NCBI GenBank assembly: GCA_965153285.1
Contig: OZ229114.1
Strand: one strand, 5' to 3'
Length of the DNA stretch: 64,000 nt
DNA from: Podarcis tiliguerta
Lineage: Eukaryota
Part shown: positions 51,081 to 64,000 of the stretch, one piece after another
Layout of the letters: each line of letters opens with the position of its first letter
Position numbering within the stretch: the first letter of the stretch is position 1
Notes under the pieces: generated by a model
The model's input: the letters and a program-made list of their open reading frames with translations, nothing else
What the model was told of the DNA's origin: nothing
Database searches by the model: none
Translations under genes and position numbers: made by a program

Positions 51081-52948
51081 GGAGAAACCTAATCTGGATT
51101 GGGACTGCAATAATGAGCAAACCCTTTCTAGAGTTTCAGTCTGGATCACCCTTTCTCTATGCCTGCTATTAACCTTTTAAAAACCACTCATGCAATTGCG
51201 AATGGTATGAATGGTGTCTAATTGAGTTTGGCTCTTGGTATAATGACTTCCATATAAAAATCAACTAGATCAAGGGCAGTGGTCACCACACAGTGCAAGA
51301 AATTATGGATAACAAAAAGCCTATACTAATGATCGCAGCAATTACCTACAACTTAAACTGCAATGTATCATGTGACCCACCCTGAGAACTACAGGAGGAG
51401 AGTATACAAATGTGAATACTAATACTAATAATAATAGCAATAGTAATGATGATGATATAGCCACCCAGACTGACTTTTCAAGGCAACAACAGGAAAACAT
51501 ATCAGAACCCTTAAGTACCAATTACAATAATAAAATACTTTAAAATAATTATTCAAGTAGGTTGTGCTAAAAATGGCACTGTCTATTTAGAAATAATATT
51601 TTTTTCAAGGTAGCAAAAGGCAGCTGGGTAATCTTTCCTGCCCTTGACCACTTTTTGTTTAAGGTTCAGCATAGCCAGTTTCTGCTTTTAAAGCAAGACT
51701 TTTACTTTTTGATGCTTTCCTCTGCATTATTAATTTATTATATTTTAAATTCTACTGATGCTCTCTCTTTCAGAAAGAGAGATTGATAAAATATGTAGAG
51801 TTAAATTTTGATCAGTGAAGTAAAATATTAAATCAGTAGCACTGAATTAAGTGCACATTTGTTTTCTAGTATTATAATGAAAATTTTAGATGACCTTCAG
51901 CAATACATAGTGTCATTTGTTTATTAAACAGAGGGCTCAGAATTCCTCAAAAAGGCACCTAAACTGAGGACTTGGCAGTGCCAAGAACAATGCCACTTCA
52001 ACTGAGGTGCCGCCACTTCTGGGGCAGAACGTGTAATCACTTTGTTAGAGAGCATTTTTAAAAGCAGAAGTCACTCTCTCCAGGAGAAACCACGAAAGTC
52101 AATCTCTCTAGTGAAAACTACAAAAGTAATTTAGGTCGCAGAATGTAATCATCACGAGTTGAATTTGGCCAGAAGAACATCAGGGTTAATAACCTCACTC
52201 TTGCGATAAGCACCAAGGGATCCTTAATGACCAGTATAAATTGAACTCCTTCCTTCCTCTTTATTAACATACTATGGGGCTGATTCAAACCTACAAAAGC
52301 AAGAAATTAAGAAATGAAACTGCTAAACTCACCCTGTTGTGCTTATATGTGGAAGCTATCAAGATTGCCTGTTGTGAAGCAGCCCTGACGCACAGCCTCT
52401 ACAATACTAGTTCATGATGATGTGACATGGGGAGGGGGGAGATGATCTTCAAAGTTGGACTTTTAAATAAAGGAAGTTACTTTCTCTTGCTGCTTTATTC
52501 ATGAACCATGTGTTCTTAACATTTTAGTATAGACTAACATACATTTGATGGTCGTTAACTGTCTTGAGGTCCCAAATTGTACAGAAAAGCAGAACTGCCA
52601 CCACAGAACTCATATGGCTGACTTTAAATCTTGGCAACCTCGTGAAAAATTAAAAATCCAGGATAAACTTGAATCACAGATGAACCAAAATTAAGAAAAG
52701 AACAAAAAACAATGAGCTCATTTGTCAAAGCTGTGAAGCAGATTCATAGCTGCTCTCTGGCTGCACCTGTGAGGTGAGATAATTGACCGAACGTATGAGA
52801 GACGCCTAGTTATATCATATCAGCACAAATGCACCGTTTAGCTAATTTTTAGTTGAATGTTATGCTAGCGAAATTGCTTCAGATAAACAGCTCATTACAT
52901 GTTGGCATCTACTATGCAGTGTAGTTCAGATTAGTAGCCACTTTTTGT

Positions 52949-53330
52949 GGCTGCATTCACACATAGCATTAAGCTGGAGTTTTGGGCTGATCGTGGAGTG
53001 CTGTGAAGCAAATGGCTTCCTGGTTTGTTTCCCCGCTTCCCGTTATGTTGGAAACAGGGATGGTGGTTTGCTGCTCCTTAACAAGTAATGGTTGTTAGCC
53101 AACCTTCAGCTATGGTTTGTTGTTGCCTTATGGATTCTGGCTTGTTAGGGAGCAACAAGCTACAATCTCTGGTTCAGACTTAATGAAAACACAAGGTGTA
53201 CTGGTTTGTTTATCTCACTTGCACCAGAAGAGGAACAAATTGGGAGTGATTGGACAGCATGCACTACCACTCTGCATAATAAACCACGATAAGCAGAGTC
53301 ACTGGCATATCATTATATGCAAACACAGCC
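52949..53330. mobile_element. Possible old PIF/Harbinger-like MITE
   Basis: Imperfect terminal inverted pair ggctgcattcacacata / tatatgcaaacacagcc, plus an internal inverted pair gctccttaacaag / cttgttagggagc. Confidence 0.45.
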
Positions 53331-55039
53331 ATAGCAACCAATTTTTTAAATTATAGGTTATTATACAGGGCAGAGTTGGGGGGGGGGGATTCACCTAAAC
53401 TGAAGCCTTGTATTTTCTGACCTGACTATGTAAACTAGAATTTCTTTCTCACAAAAGTGTTTTAGAAACTAACAAAATAACATTTTCTAGATTGATACAA
53501 AAAGGGGGAAATGTTAATACCTTGCATTAAATATTTTACACTGATAGTCTTTTGCTGTTTAATACAAACCTACAACAATTATTTCCTTCTCCATTTCAAG
53601 CTAAGGGTAGGGAAGGGATCAGCCAAACAGAATTGGCATGGAAATAACCATGGGTGATCAGAAAGCTGCATAATGCATCCGTCAGCCTCAACGTACCCAC
53701 TAACAAAAATAAATTACTTGCATTTGAAAAGAACAGTAATTCTTTCAGAGACTCTTCACAGTCCCAAACATGGGATGCCATGTTGAGTCTCAAAGAGCAA
53801 TGCTTTCAAGCACCAAACTGGGCCAAATGATAAAACAGAAGTAAAAAGTCCAAATATGAGCGGGGAAAGAATGTATGCTTCAAGTTCTATTTATGTTAAA
53901 GAGTGGTTTCCCCATGAAGTTTTCTATAAGTAGTCCCAGGATAAACAGTATCACCAATCATGTTTCATAACATTCACCACAGAATTTCAACGCAACACCA
54001 ATGTGTCAAGAGCAAATGCATTCAAACAAACATTTATTCTCCTTGCCTATAGCTTCCTCAAAATAAAGTTATCTGAGAACCGAAAATTCTCATTTAGTCA
54101 CAGCCCACAGGTAAGTAGCTTTCTAAAGAATATAGTGATAAATAGGTTATTTTAGTTTTACCAAAAATAACTTTAAAAATACTGTATTAGAAAACTTCCT
54201 TTATGGAGAACTCTTCATAAAGGAACATTTGAAAAATAATCTAGTCTTTGTTTGTTGTAAGTCTCCAACCTTAGGAATACCTTTGCATTCTTAATACCTT
54301 TAACCTTTTGAAGAGTCAGTTTCTTAGACAGTATTTAGTAATGGTCTCCTGCATCAAGGACAAATGCTTCATTTGAGCAGTTAAGACTAGGCCAATTGAG
54401 TACACAACTGGTTGGCATTTAAGGACTTTGTGAAGGAAGGGTCCTGTTTCGCTTTTATCTCAGTACTTCCAGGCAGCGCACAATGCTCAACAAATCAAAC
54501 AGAAGTTGCGTGCAAACCAGAGGAGGCAACCACACATTTACAGTGTTGCATAAAGTTTCAGTTCATTGTCCACAATTAGCACAGTTGCTTGAAAAATCAC
54601 CAAGTACTGCTGTTGTGTCATTTGAAGTCCCAATACAGAAAGAGAACGGGCAAATTTAGCAGATAAAGAAAAGCAACGCTATTGGGGGGGGGAGGATAAA
54701 TGCTCTGTGTGTGTGCACACAAGAGACAACAAGAGGACCACTTTAATGCTTAATTATAGATGTTGGTTAAAATGCTGGTTGTTTGATTTCTTAAAAGAGT
54801 ATTAAACGTTTCTGTGCTTTTCTCCTCTTCCGCAACACCATCCTCTCAGTACTGTCCTTTGCCTTCTCTGCTTCCTTCAAACCTCACTCAAAAAGAGGAC
54901 CTGGACAGGAAGTTATTAAACTTCAATCCTCAACGCATCTTCTGCACACTTCGCAAGGCTGAACTTTTCACCCACAGCCTACATTTCTATGACACCCTTT
55001 AGCACAGCCATAGTGAGGAAAGGCACAGCAACACAGACA

Positions 55040-55945
55040 GCAGGATAGTGCCACAATTCATCGCCAACCCCATTTGACACAAACAAACGGTGTGTCAGTC
55101 CTTTGAACGGGAAAGACTTATTATGAGGCAGCTGCCGAAAAAGCAAAAGGGGCACATGGGCCAGGCTGCTACCGAATAATGACCCCTCTCTGGTTCAAAT
55201 GTGAAATATACTAAAACTTTCAAAATCACATTTTCCCCATGACAAGAGTGGTCGCAGACACAACTTCTGGGGAGTGAGCGGCTTAGAGTATTCTAATAAA
55301 CGCAGGCATTGTTTGCACAGCTCTGAGAAAAGGGTTCAAAACAAAGCTATGCTGCTGGTGGGCAAGCAGCAGAGAGCAGGCTAATTTAAAGCGTGTGCTT
55401 TTCCCTTCCCCTTTGCAGGAGGCATGCCTGTCACTGCGCAGCTGTGCTGCCGGCGTCATCACTCCCTCTGTCTCCCGTCTTGCTAATTAAAAGGTTGATC
55501 ACAGAACAATGCTCTTCTCATTAATTTCAGTGTTCCGATTGGGCAGGATCCCCGTTTGCTCCGCCTGATCTTTTCCATGCGGTTGAAGTTAATGTGACNN
55601 NNNNNNNNNNNNNNNNNNNNNNNNNNNNNNNNNNNNNNNNNNNNNNNNNNNNNNNNNNNNNNNNNNNNNNNNNNNNNNNNNNNNNNNNNNNNNNNNNNNN
55701 NNNNNNNNNNNNNNNNNNNNNNNNNNNNNNNNNNNNNNNNNNNNNNNNNNNNNNNNNNNNNNAAACCTAGACACTGAGTGGCTTTATTAGGACACTGCAG
55801 CTTATTGATGTGCAGCTCCAGCAAAGTAAGATAGCATTTTCTTTTCAAACGGAAAGAAAGAGGCTTCAGCTGAGAGGCAGTATTTATTAGACTAATTCCA
55901 GGAGCAGCAGAAAGCTTGCTGCCCTGACACAGTTAATTGGCATCT
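55040..55945. promoter_or_regulatory. Candidate conserved developmental enhancer (intronic)
   Basis: Repeat-free, CpG-retaining sequence with TCF-like CTTTGAA (55101), TAATTA (55484), SOX AACAAT (55505), TTTATTAG twice (55783, 55883) and TAATTG (55934). BTRC introns are known to host FGF8-region enhancers. Conservation itself was not tested. Confidence 0.5.
55599..55762. other. N run, 164 nt
   Basis: Counted directly. Confidence 0.99.
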
Positions 55946-57123
55946 TGATGTGTACAGCAGATTAGGAACAATGAAAATGTTGCAGTTCGGGCATTAGGAA
56001 AGACCATCCAGCAAATCTGAATGTGAATTTGCACACAATACCAAGGGCAGACAACTGTGTAACCTTCTGACCAGATTTAACATAAATGTGCTTTAAAATT
56101 GAAATATGGCCATCAATAAAACAGCCAACACAAAAACCCTTGCACTTCTGCAACTCAAAATATGTATCATATTAAGCAGTATCCTAGCACAATAAGGTAC
56201 ACAAGACACATCAATAACGTTCTACATTCTCAAGAGTTGCTCCCAAGGTCAGACATCTTGTTGTGAGTACCCAGCAGATTCTCTGAAGGTCAAAAGACTC
56301 TACAGCTTTACTTGATCGATAAGGCAGCAAGTTCAACTAGGACCTTCTGCAGAGATGGCTTTGTGCTGCTACCTGGTGCCTCAGCAATACATGGAAAGAG
56401 ACCTTCTCAGAGGTTAGAGGAGACTATAGTTCCACAGCAAAGCTGAGTGCTGATATAACTGACAGAAACTAGGGTTGTGTACCATGATTCAAAGCTTCCA
56501 CAACCATATGACTAAATGAAGCATTTGTAAAGAAACAAAACAAGAATTCTTATCTGCCAGGCACATCAGTTGCAGTAACAGTCTTGTTCTGTGACAGACA
56601 GGACATGAAAATGAATTCTATACAAATATCTAAATTAGCTCTTTGTAAAGGCTCCAACAGAAGAGTGAGGATGCACAATATTTCACTAAAAAAGTTAAAT
56701 CCAACTAGGGAAATTCAAAGTTAACGGTTCCAAATCTAAGCACAGCAACATGCAACAAAAATACAAATTGGTGGATTCCAGAGAGAGAAAATCTCTCTTG
56801 GGCAGTTTTGACTCCTTTAGGGCACCACCTGATTTTTAGTAGAACATAGCAATCTCTTGAGTTAACCATTATTTTTAATTTTAAGAAATAAGAAGGAAAA
56901 AATTCTGTCCCGGGCTTTTCTTTGTTGCTTTTGACTGATTTCTTTTTTACAAGCCGTTTTGAGTTTTTCTACCATACGGGGTAAATCAGAGCAGTATGGT
57001 TCTCAGTACTGCTTGGCCCCTCCTCTCCTAATGGACTCCTCTTTAGAGAGGCTTTGCCAAGCTTTACTCCTCAGAATTCCTGCATGGAAAATGGTGCGCC
57101 ATGCCACAGTCGGAGAAACGTGC

Positions 57124-57479
57124 NNNNNNNNNNNNNNNNNNNNNNNNNNNNNNNNNNNNNNNNNNNNNNNNNNNNNNNNNNNNNNNNNNNNNNNNNNNNN
57201 NNNNNNNNNNNNNNNNNNNNNNNNNNNNNNNNNNNNNNNNNNNNNNNNNNNNNNNNNNNNNNNNNNNNNNNNNNNNNNNNNNNNNNNNNNNNNNNNNNNN
57301 NNNNNNNNNNNNNNNNNNNNNNNNNNNNNNNNNNNNNNNNNNNNNNNNNNNNNNNNNNNNNNNNNNNNNNNNNNNNNNNNNNNNNNNNNNNNNNNNNNNN
57401 NNNNNNNNNNNNNNNNNNNNNNNNNNNNNNNNNNNNNNNNNNNNNNNNNNNNNNNNNNNNNNNNNNNNNNNNNNNNNNN
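57124..57479. other. N run, 356 nt
   Basis: Counted directly. Confidence 0.99.
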
Positions 57480-57929
57480 CTGTTTGTGCATTAACTACAG
57501 AGCCAAAACGAGGCGAATTGATCGTTTGACTTTTGGAGTGGTCACGTGATCCCTGTGTGCGGGTGATCCGGCATGCATCAGCGGGCAATGCTGCAGTACA
57601 TGCCTGATGAGGAACTTGCTTCTCATTATTACTCCTCCTAGGGACAAAGACACAGGAGCCTTTCTGAGCTGATCCAGACCCATGTAAACTTGCTCTCAAC
57701 TTAGCCAAAGAGCGGATAAGGCTAGAACAGAGTTTCCCTCCCAAAAGTCTTCCCTCAGATTTCTAGGTCTGGTGATGTTCCTGCAGCACACTAGGCTGTT
57801 ATCCAAAAAGGTCACTCAAATGTCCCAGCTTGATGACCTTATACCCAGGAAGTGGATTTTCGCCACCATTTCATGAAATACGCCATTGTTCTCCCCATTT
57901 AACAGATGGGAAAACTAAGGCAACTAACA

Positions 57930-58260
57930 ACGTCTCCACCCCCATCGTTCAGCCCAGACACTGAGGTCCAGTGCTGAGGGCCTTCTGGCGGTTCCCTCAG
58001 TGCAAGAGGTGAGCTTACAGGGGAACTGGGCAGAGGGCCTTCTCGGTAGTGGTGCCCGCCCTGTGGAACACCCTCCCATCCAATGTGAAGGAAATAAACA
58101 ACTATCTTACTTTTAGAAGACATCTGAAAGGAGCCCTGTTTAGGGAAGTTTTTAATGTTTAATGCTGTATTGTGTTTTTAATATTCGGTTGGAAGCTGCC
58201 CAGAGTGGCTGGGGAAAGCCAGCCAGATGGGCGGGGTATAAATAATAATTATTATTAATA
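57930..58260 (+). mobile_element. L2-type LINE 3' portion
   Basis: gcagagggccttctcggtagtggtgcccgccctgtggaacaccctccc...ttggaagctgcccagagtggctgggg...gggcggggtataaataataatt; two shorter siblings in the window. Confidence 0.8.
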
Positions 58261-59605
58261 TATAAGTTGTCTGCTGTTAGTCCATGAATTCCACTGCTGA
58301 GCTGTGGTTTAAATCTACATCTGCAAGGTCAACAGGCGGTGTTTGGTTCAGAAGACCACAAACGGTACATTACCAATGAAACATGCATAAATATCGCCCT
58401 TTTTAATTATGCTTGCTTCCAGACATAAGTCGTTAAATAGACACATGATCGTTGCACATGAGGATGTGTATAGTTTCTCCCTATGATCACCAAGGAAAAT
58501 CTTGTCTGTGTCAAGTGACTCACAGATAACTGCATATTTTCCTAAGGGAGAAAGAAGTGGGTTGAAGGAAGACTGAATCATTAGATTTTTTTATTTCTAC
58601 CTCCAGCTCTATAAGGTTGAAAGCTTTAGCATGCCACTCTTTTGCTACTCATCTGTTAATTCAGTAGAACCATTAATGGCAAAAATGGCTGGGTATCCCT
58701 AGCATTTAAGAGGTCCTTGGCTGAAAACAGGCTGGGGGAGGGTGCAATGGTTTGTGAAAATTGCTGGAGTGAGGGTTGGGGGTGGAGAGAACTATTTCTA
58801 CCCTTATTTATTTCATGATGAACCCAACATGTAAAGTAGCTTCCAAGACAGGAGGAGGCAAATAAAGGCAACTGATATACAATGTGTGCATACTGGAGAG
58901 AGAAAAATGCCTGTTTACATGTAGTTTAGCACTCAAAAGAAACTCTGAACAGCTGAAATACCTTATAAATAGCTCAGACCCAGAGGAAGTGCAAACGTCT
59001 GCATTGTGAATTGTAGATCTTAATTACAGACAATGGCTGGTACAGCAAGTACTACAGGAAAAAAAAACCCAGTGAAACAGTTGCACTGTTCATGGCTGGC
59101 AATAACTCTTCAGGAAAATATTTACTATCAATCAGTTATGAGAAAAGGGACTCCGTGCTCATAAAACAGCACGTTGCTTCTCATACCAGCACCATTTTGA
59201 TTCAGCATAATCTGAATTTAAACGGCTTGTTTCCTGCGGATATAATTTTGGAAATAAATAAAACAAATCTTCTATCAAAATCTGGAGAATGTGGGAAGGG
59301 GAAAGGGAGGGGAGACGTGCACATTCTTTCTTCAATCCCTTTGCAAATAACTCTGACTAGGGGTGGGGGAAGGGGGAAACTGTGAAAATGTAAAATATTC
59401 CAGATTAAGGCAAAATAGCCTTAGCCTTAGATTATGACCAACGTGCCACTGTAAAGAAACTGAAAAGCCTAACCCTTTGGATGATTTTAATTATGCTTCA
59501 TGGAGGCAGAATACTTGTGGGTATTAAGTAAACTTCATTTCAGTTTTACATTCGTTATAACACTTTTTATTTCCATTTAAGAAATTATCTCCAAAAGATA
59601 ATTTA

Positions 59606-59619
59606 GTGTGTGTGTGTGT

Positions 59620-59672
<53 letters not shown>
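59606..59672. repeat. Compound (TG)n/(AG)n microsatellite
   Basis: Read directly. Confidence 0.95.
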
Positions 59673-59676
<4 letters not shown>

Positions 59677-62479
59677 GATTCTAATTCCATAAGTTAAAAA
59701 ACAATTTTGAGCCAAGTACAGCATCACGATGGAAATGCATCAATTCCTGTAAGGCACTATTAGGTTTGTTCAACCATAATTATAAAGGAAACAAGAACCT
59801 GGGCACAATATAGACCATAGCAGAGTCCATCAGAAAGAAAAGCGGAAAAAACCCACAGTACTGAACACAGAAAAGTCACAATAGATAAATGGTACTTCAG
59901 TTAAGAAAAAGGTTGGCAAGACACCTCCAGGGAGATCCCAACAAGACCGGTCAAGACTATATGTGCACATTGAAGGGCCTGAACATTCTCAGGGTCTGAA
60001 AATCTCAGGAGCACTAAACTCAGAGTTTCTCAAGCTAGTGTTTTTGATTTCAGGTTCACCTTCTAATATAGTCTACCTTCTGCCTACCCACCCCCACCAG
60101 CCAACTATCTACTCCTAGCAGGGGGTGTGGAGTCAAATGCACAAAGCCTGCTGCACGTGTTCAAAAGATCCGTGAAGTAGGAAACTAATTCAACACATGC
60201 ATCAGAATGAATGACAGAACAAGACATATCCAACTCATCTGAAGGAAAACAGCCCACCAGGAAAAAACTGTTGTGGCAAAGCAACTCCTTCCAATTCATA
60301 CTGGGATGATGGAGCAAGTGGGAAAGCAGTGACTTCCTAAGATTCAATGCTAGAGAGCATTCAACTCAGCCATGTCTTGGATGATGAGGGGAAGGAAAAG
60401 GTCTACTTGTCTGAGAACCCCATCCCCTATCTGGAACTTTTCATATCTGTCCAGGTGTTCTGCATGCCCAAAGTGGGACATTCATTAGCAGGCATTTTTA
60501 GCTGTGTACCATTCTACCATATAGCTAAAGTGATCACAGTCACCAATATGTAGCTTGAAGAGCCAAGATTACTAAATAACAGAACAGCTGCTTGCCTGGC
60601 TGGCTTTCACTGCGCCAGTGAAAGCAACACCTTGCCTGTCCTTGAGCTCCAGTAAAAAGTTGTGAGGATGCCTTATCAAAGAAAGTTCGGCACAACAGCC
60701 AGTCCATACTGTTCTAAGGTGCTGAATTAGTAAGACAGAGAAGTATGTTGAAACTAAATGAAAGGATCCTTTAAAGGAGACAGAGGAGTCTACAACCTGA
60801 AATTCATATATCTTATAATCCTAGGAAACCAGATACTGGCTCCAATGCCTGGTCTACCTTGTGTCTGATGGTAGCTATAATTTTAATACTGCCAACATGC
60901 TGAACGGTTTCTGCAGTTGACAGATGCATGCTGATGGTTAGATACCAGCTTAAACTCCATCTGAGATTTTATATCCCTTTTAAAAGATTTGGCAGACTGG
61001 GTTTGCAGATCATTACCAGCTATATAGCTACTTCATTCTTCTTTAAATCTTCTTAGAATCTTCCTATGTCAACAAGTGTCAGGCATTTACTATGGCTGCC
61101 TTCAAACAGCACTTTATTCCATTTTCCTTACCTGATAATTTTAGTGTTTTAGGTGATCTTTCACATGTCAATTCAGGAAATCTAGTGGAAGTTTAGCACT
61201 CATTTGCACGCAAAATGCTTCCAGAAAAAAATCTGTTTGCAACCCCATTAACCTGGATAATCACAGGAGTTTTGTGCTGAAATTTCCCTGTGGTTTTCAC
61301 TGCTGCTTATGTGATGAAATTTAGGGCAGTATTCTGGCACTCAGTTCTTTCCTGCCAGCTTCCTGGGTGAATCACAGGGGAACAGAAGAGTGCATGCACA
61401 TAAAAAGTGGCGGCATGTTTGATGATGTCCACGGTTGTGTCACACCATGTTCACTGGTGTGAATAGAATTTAGTGTAACACAGCAGTATATGGAAAGCCA
61501 CAGTTTCAGAACACAACAGTTAATGCAGTAACATTAGAAATGAGGACAGAAGTGCTAACATTGCAACCAGAAAAAAGTAATGCAACAATCTCCACATCTA
61601 AATGTACCCTACACTGTTTTTTAAAAATGCATTATTTTGGGCCAGTTTTGAATATTCATTTTGGAAAGGCAGAGTGATATTGAGGGCTACAAAAGGGAAC
61701 AGATTCCTCTGCACAAAGGGAGGCCCACAAGAACTTTAAGTTTCAATTTACACCCACTGAATTTCACCGATAAAGCAAACTAGTGATATATTCACAGATA
61801 CTACAATACTGAATCTCTGCAAAGTGGTTTGTTTAGTCTTCAGGATATTTGGCAATGCATATCCCGCGTCAACTCCACTTTCAAAAGGTTTTGAACTAGT
61901 AATGCAGTTCTCGTCTATACACACCATCATGAGAAATATCTACTTCCTATGAGAGTTCAATGCTTCTCCACACATTTTAAGAAGAACACCACTCCCAGCA
62001 ACACACAAATATGCAAAATATGTGCCCAAGAATAAACACTCTGGTGCAGCAGTGCTTGGAAGGACCATATCTTTTATCAGAGACGAGGATTCATTACCTA
62101 ATTTTTGTCTCCGGCTTTCTTCTCATAGATGTTTGTCAAGATCCCAGGGGAAATTAACAGAGTTCTAATTTTTGTGGGCTACCATTTTGAGGGCACACCT
62201 TTAATTAAAGGTGCTACAAACTACTTTTAGTAAGTGCAGCTCCCTTGTGATTTCCTGCCAGCCACACACAACTTCTGGTCAAACGAATGAGTTCTGCGTA
62301 GAAGAAAAGTTTACTGCTAGAGGAAGCACATGCAGGGAAAACTCTGCCAAGCCATTTTATAATCTCAGGCTGAGAATTTGAAACCAAGAACCTGAAGGGG
62401 GTTTCCAATAAGACAGCTATATACTTGCAGATAAAGGGGGGAGGGAGAAACTATCATTTGTAGAAAAATAAGTCTGCCG

Positions 62480-62811
62480 CTTGGGCTTGCCGATCGGAAG
62501 GTCGGCGGTTCGGATCCCTGTGATGGGGTGAGCTCCCATTGCTCGGTCCCAGCTCCTGTCAACCTAGCAATTTGAAAGCACGCAGTGCAAGTAGATAAAT
62601 AAGTACCGCTCTGGCGGGAAGGTAAATGGTGTTTCTGTGCGCTGCTCTGGTTTCGCCAGAAGCAGCTTAGTCATGCTGGCCACATGACCCGGAAAAACTG
62701 TCTGCGGAAGCGGACGAACGCTGGCTCCCTCGGCCTGTAATGCGAGATGAGCTCCGCAACCCCAGAGTCGTTTGCGACTAGACTAAATTGTCAGGGGTCC
62801 CTTTACCTTTT
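62480..62811 (+). mobile_element. Sauria SINE lacking its first few dozen bases
   Basis: gggcttgccgatcggaaggtcggcggttcg...gtgcaagtagataaata...gtcaggggtccctttaccttt. Confidence 0.92.
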
Positions 62812-64000
62812 AAGTAAGAATCAAGGCATCAGTTTGGATACAACGCTACACAAAACACTTCACAACTAAGAAGATGCATTTTGCATTACAGAGCTGATGT
62901 CCCCCATCTGCTGCCTCCATCCCCCCCAAAATTATGAGCCTGAATTCTGACCCTGTATCATCACATTTTAATTGCTCCACTGGACTCATACAGCACATGG
63001 AAGCGGGACTGCAGAGACTTGGGCTCAACCAACATTTCCCAAGTCTTACTGCAAAAGACCCACCACGCCACTAAATCACCTAGTTGCACTCTAAGCTACG
63101 CTCTTTGCACTCACTTGCTTGATATGTATGTCATGGCTTGCACACTCTCCCCTCATTCTACTGTGGACACGAGGAGGACACTGGAAATTTTTGTTACTGT
63201 TTTATGTTAACCACAGTTTATGAATCATCTGAACCCTAAACTGTGGTTAATCTTAAACTGATGATCAGCAGAAATAAGCCAGCTTCACAAACTACTGGTT
63301 GTGCATTCAGTATCGTGAGTCCAATTCTGAGGAGCTCCCTCCAAACTGAAATAAGGCAGCCTGCTCCCTGATGCTTGGTAAACATTTTATGCTTGGTAAA
63401 GACTTTCAGCAGGCTCTCCCCTCCCCCCGAATCTTATGGTTTATTTTAACTATTTTTATGCTGTATCCCTCCATAACACCTATTGTACACAATACAACTG
63501 CAGTATTAAACTATGTATAAATTATTAGAATTAGAAAAATAATAATAAATAAGCCAAAGTTAAAATTAATCACAGCTTCACAGAGGTTAGACAACAAGGC
63601 GAGCTGTGGTTAATCTAAAACAGAAGCAAAAACCTTCCAAACTCTTCCTTGTAGCTGCCCCTGAGGAGGAGAGGGAGAAAGCAAGCATAAGGCGTGCTGA
63701 GGTTTGCTAAGACTATGGCTTAGTCTTTTGTCTGACCAGCTCACTGAAGCTCCTACCACACTGAGCTGCAAACCATGCAAAAGCATACAGAGACAGGCAC
63801 AGTTGTACAGAGGGTGTGACTCCATGCAGCTTGGTCCTCCAGAGTAAAATTATGTACACTACTGAATGCCAAAATTCAAACGGAGGTATCTATCTGGCCT
63901 TAGGGAGAATTTCATTCTGTCTGGGGTTAAGCAAGCTTCCCACAGAGTTATGCACACAGAGCGATTGCTCAGACTGCTCACACATTGGCACCATACATAA

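Larger units (their letters stand above)
32588..64000 (-). other. BTRC: Large BTRC intron (human-equivalent intron 4), running beyond the window
   Basis: No match seen to the expected upstream exon (TYNSCARLCLNQETVCLASTAMKTENCVAK-like) between 32588 and 64000; the content is repeats, unique non-coding blocks and four N runs. Confidence 0.75.

Noticed and set aside
39928-57744. ORFs spanning the N runs
   Set aside because: Artefacts of translating N as X.

Overview
Eukaryotic genomic DNA from a squamate reptile; the Sauria-type SINEs, BovB and CR1/L2 remnants point to a lizard, probably a lacertid (inference). The window holds the 3' part of BTRC (beta-TrCP1/FBXW1A, an F-box/WD40 SCF substrate receptor) on the minus strand. 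Ten coding exons between 32587 and 13735 splice with GT-AG boundaries into one uninterrupted 1494-nt frame (497 aa plus stop: D domain, F-box, seven WD40 repeats). A final intron lies in the 3' UTR, followed by a roughly 5-kb terminal UTR exon starting at 12933. Exon numbers follow the human gene as I recall it. Everything above 32588 is one large intron; I could not find the 5' exons. The rest is transposon debris (SINEs, hAT and Tc1/mariner MITEs, LINE ends) and non-repetitive, motif-dense blocks that look like conserved non-coding elements of the LBX1-BTRC-FGF8 regulatory landscape. The supplied ORFs are spurious except where they overlap BTRC exons. I found no new protein-coding system. 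Best leads: four odd-length N runs inside enhancer-like sequence (possibly masked ultraconserved elements), a MITE carrying an array of palindromic NF-kB motifs inside the gene for the IkB ligase, a chimeric element with a fish-like Tc1 end, retroelement tails abutting splice donors, and a triple-nested SINE.
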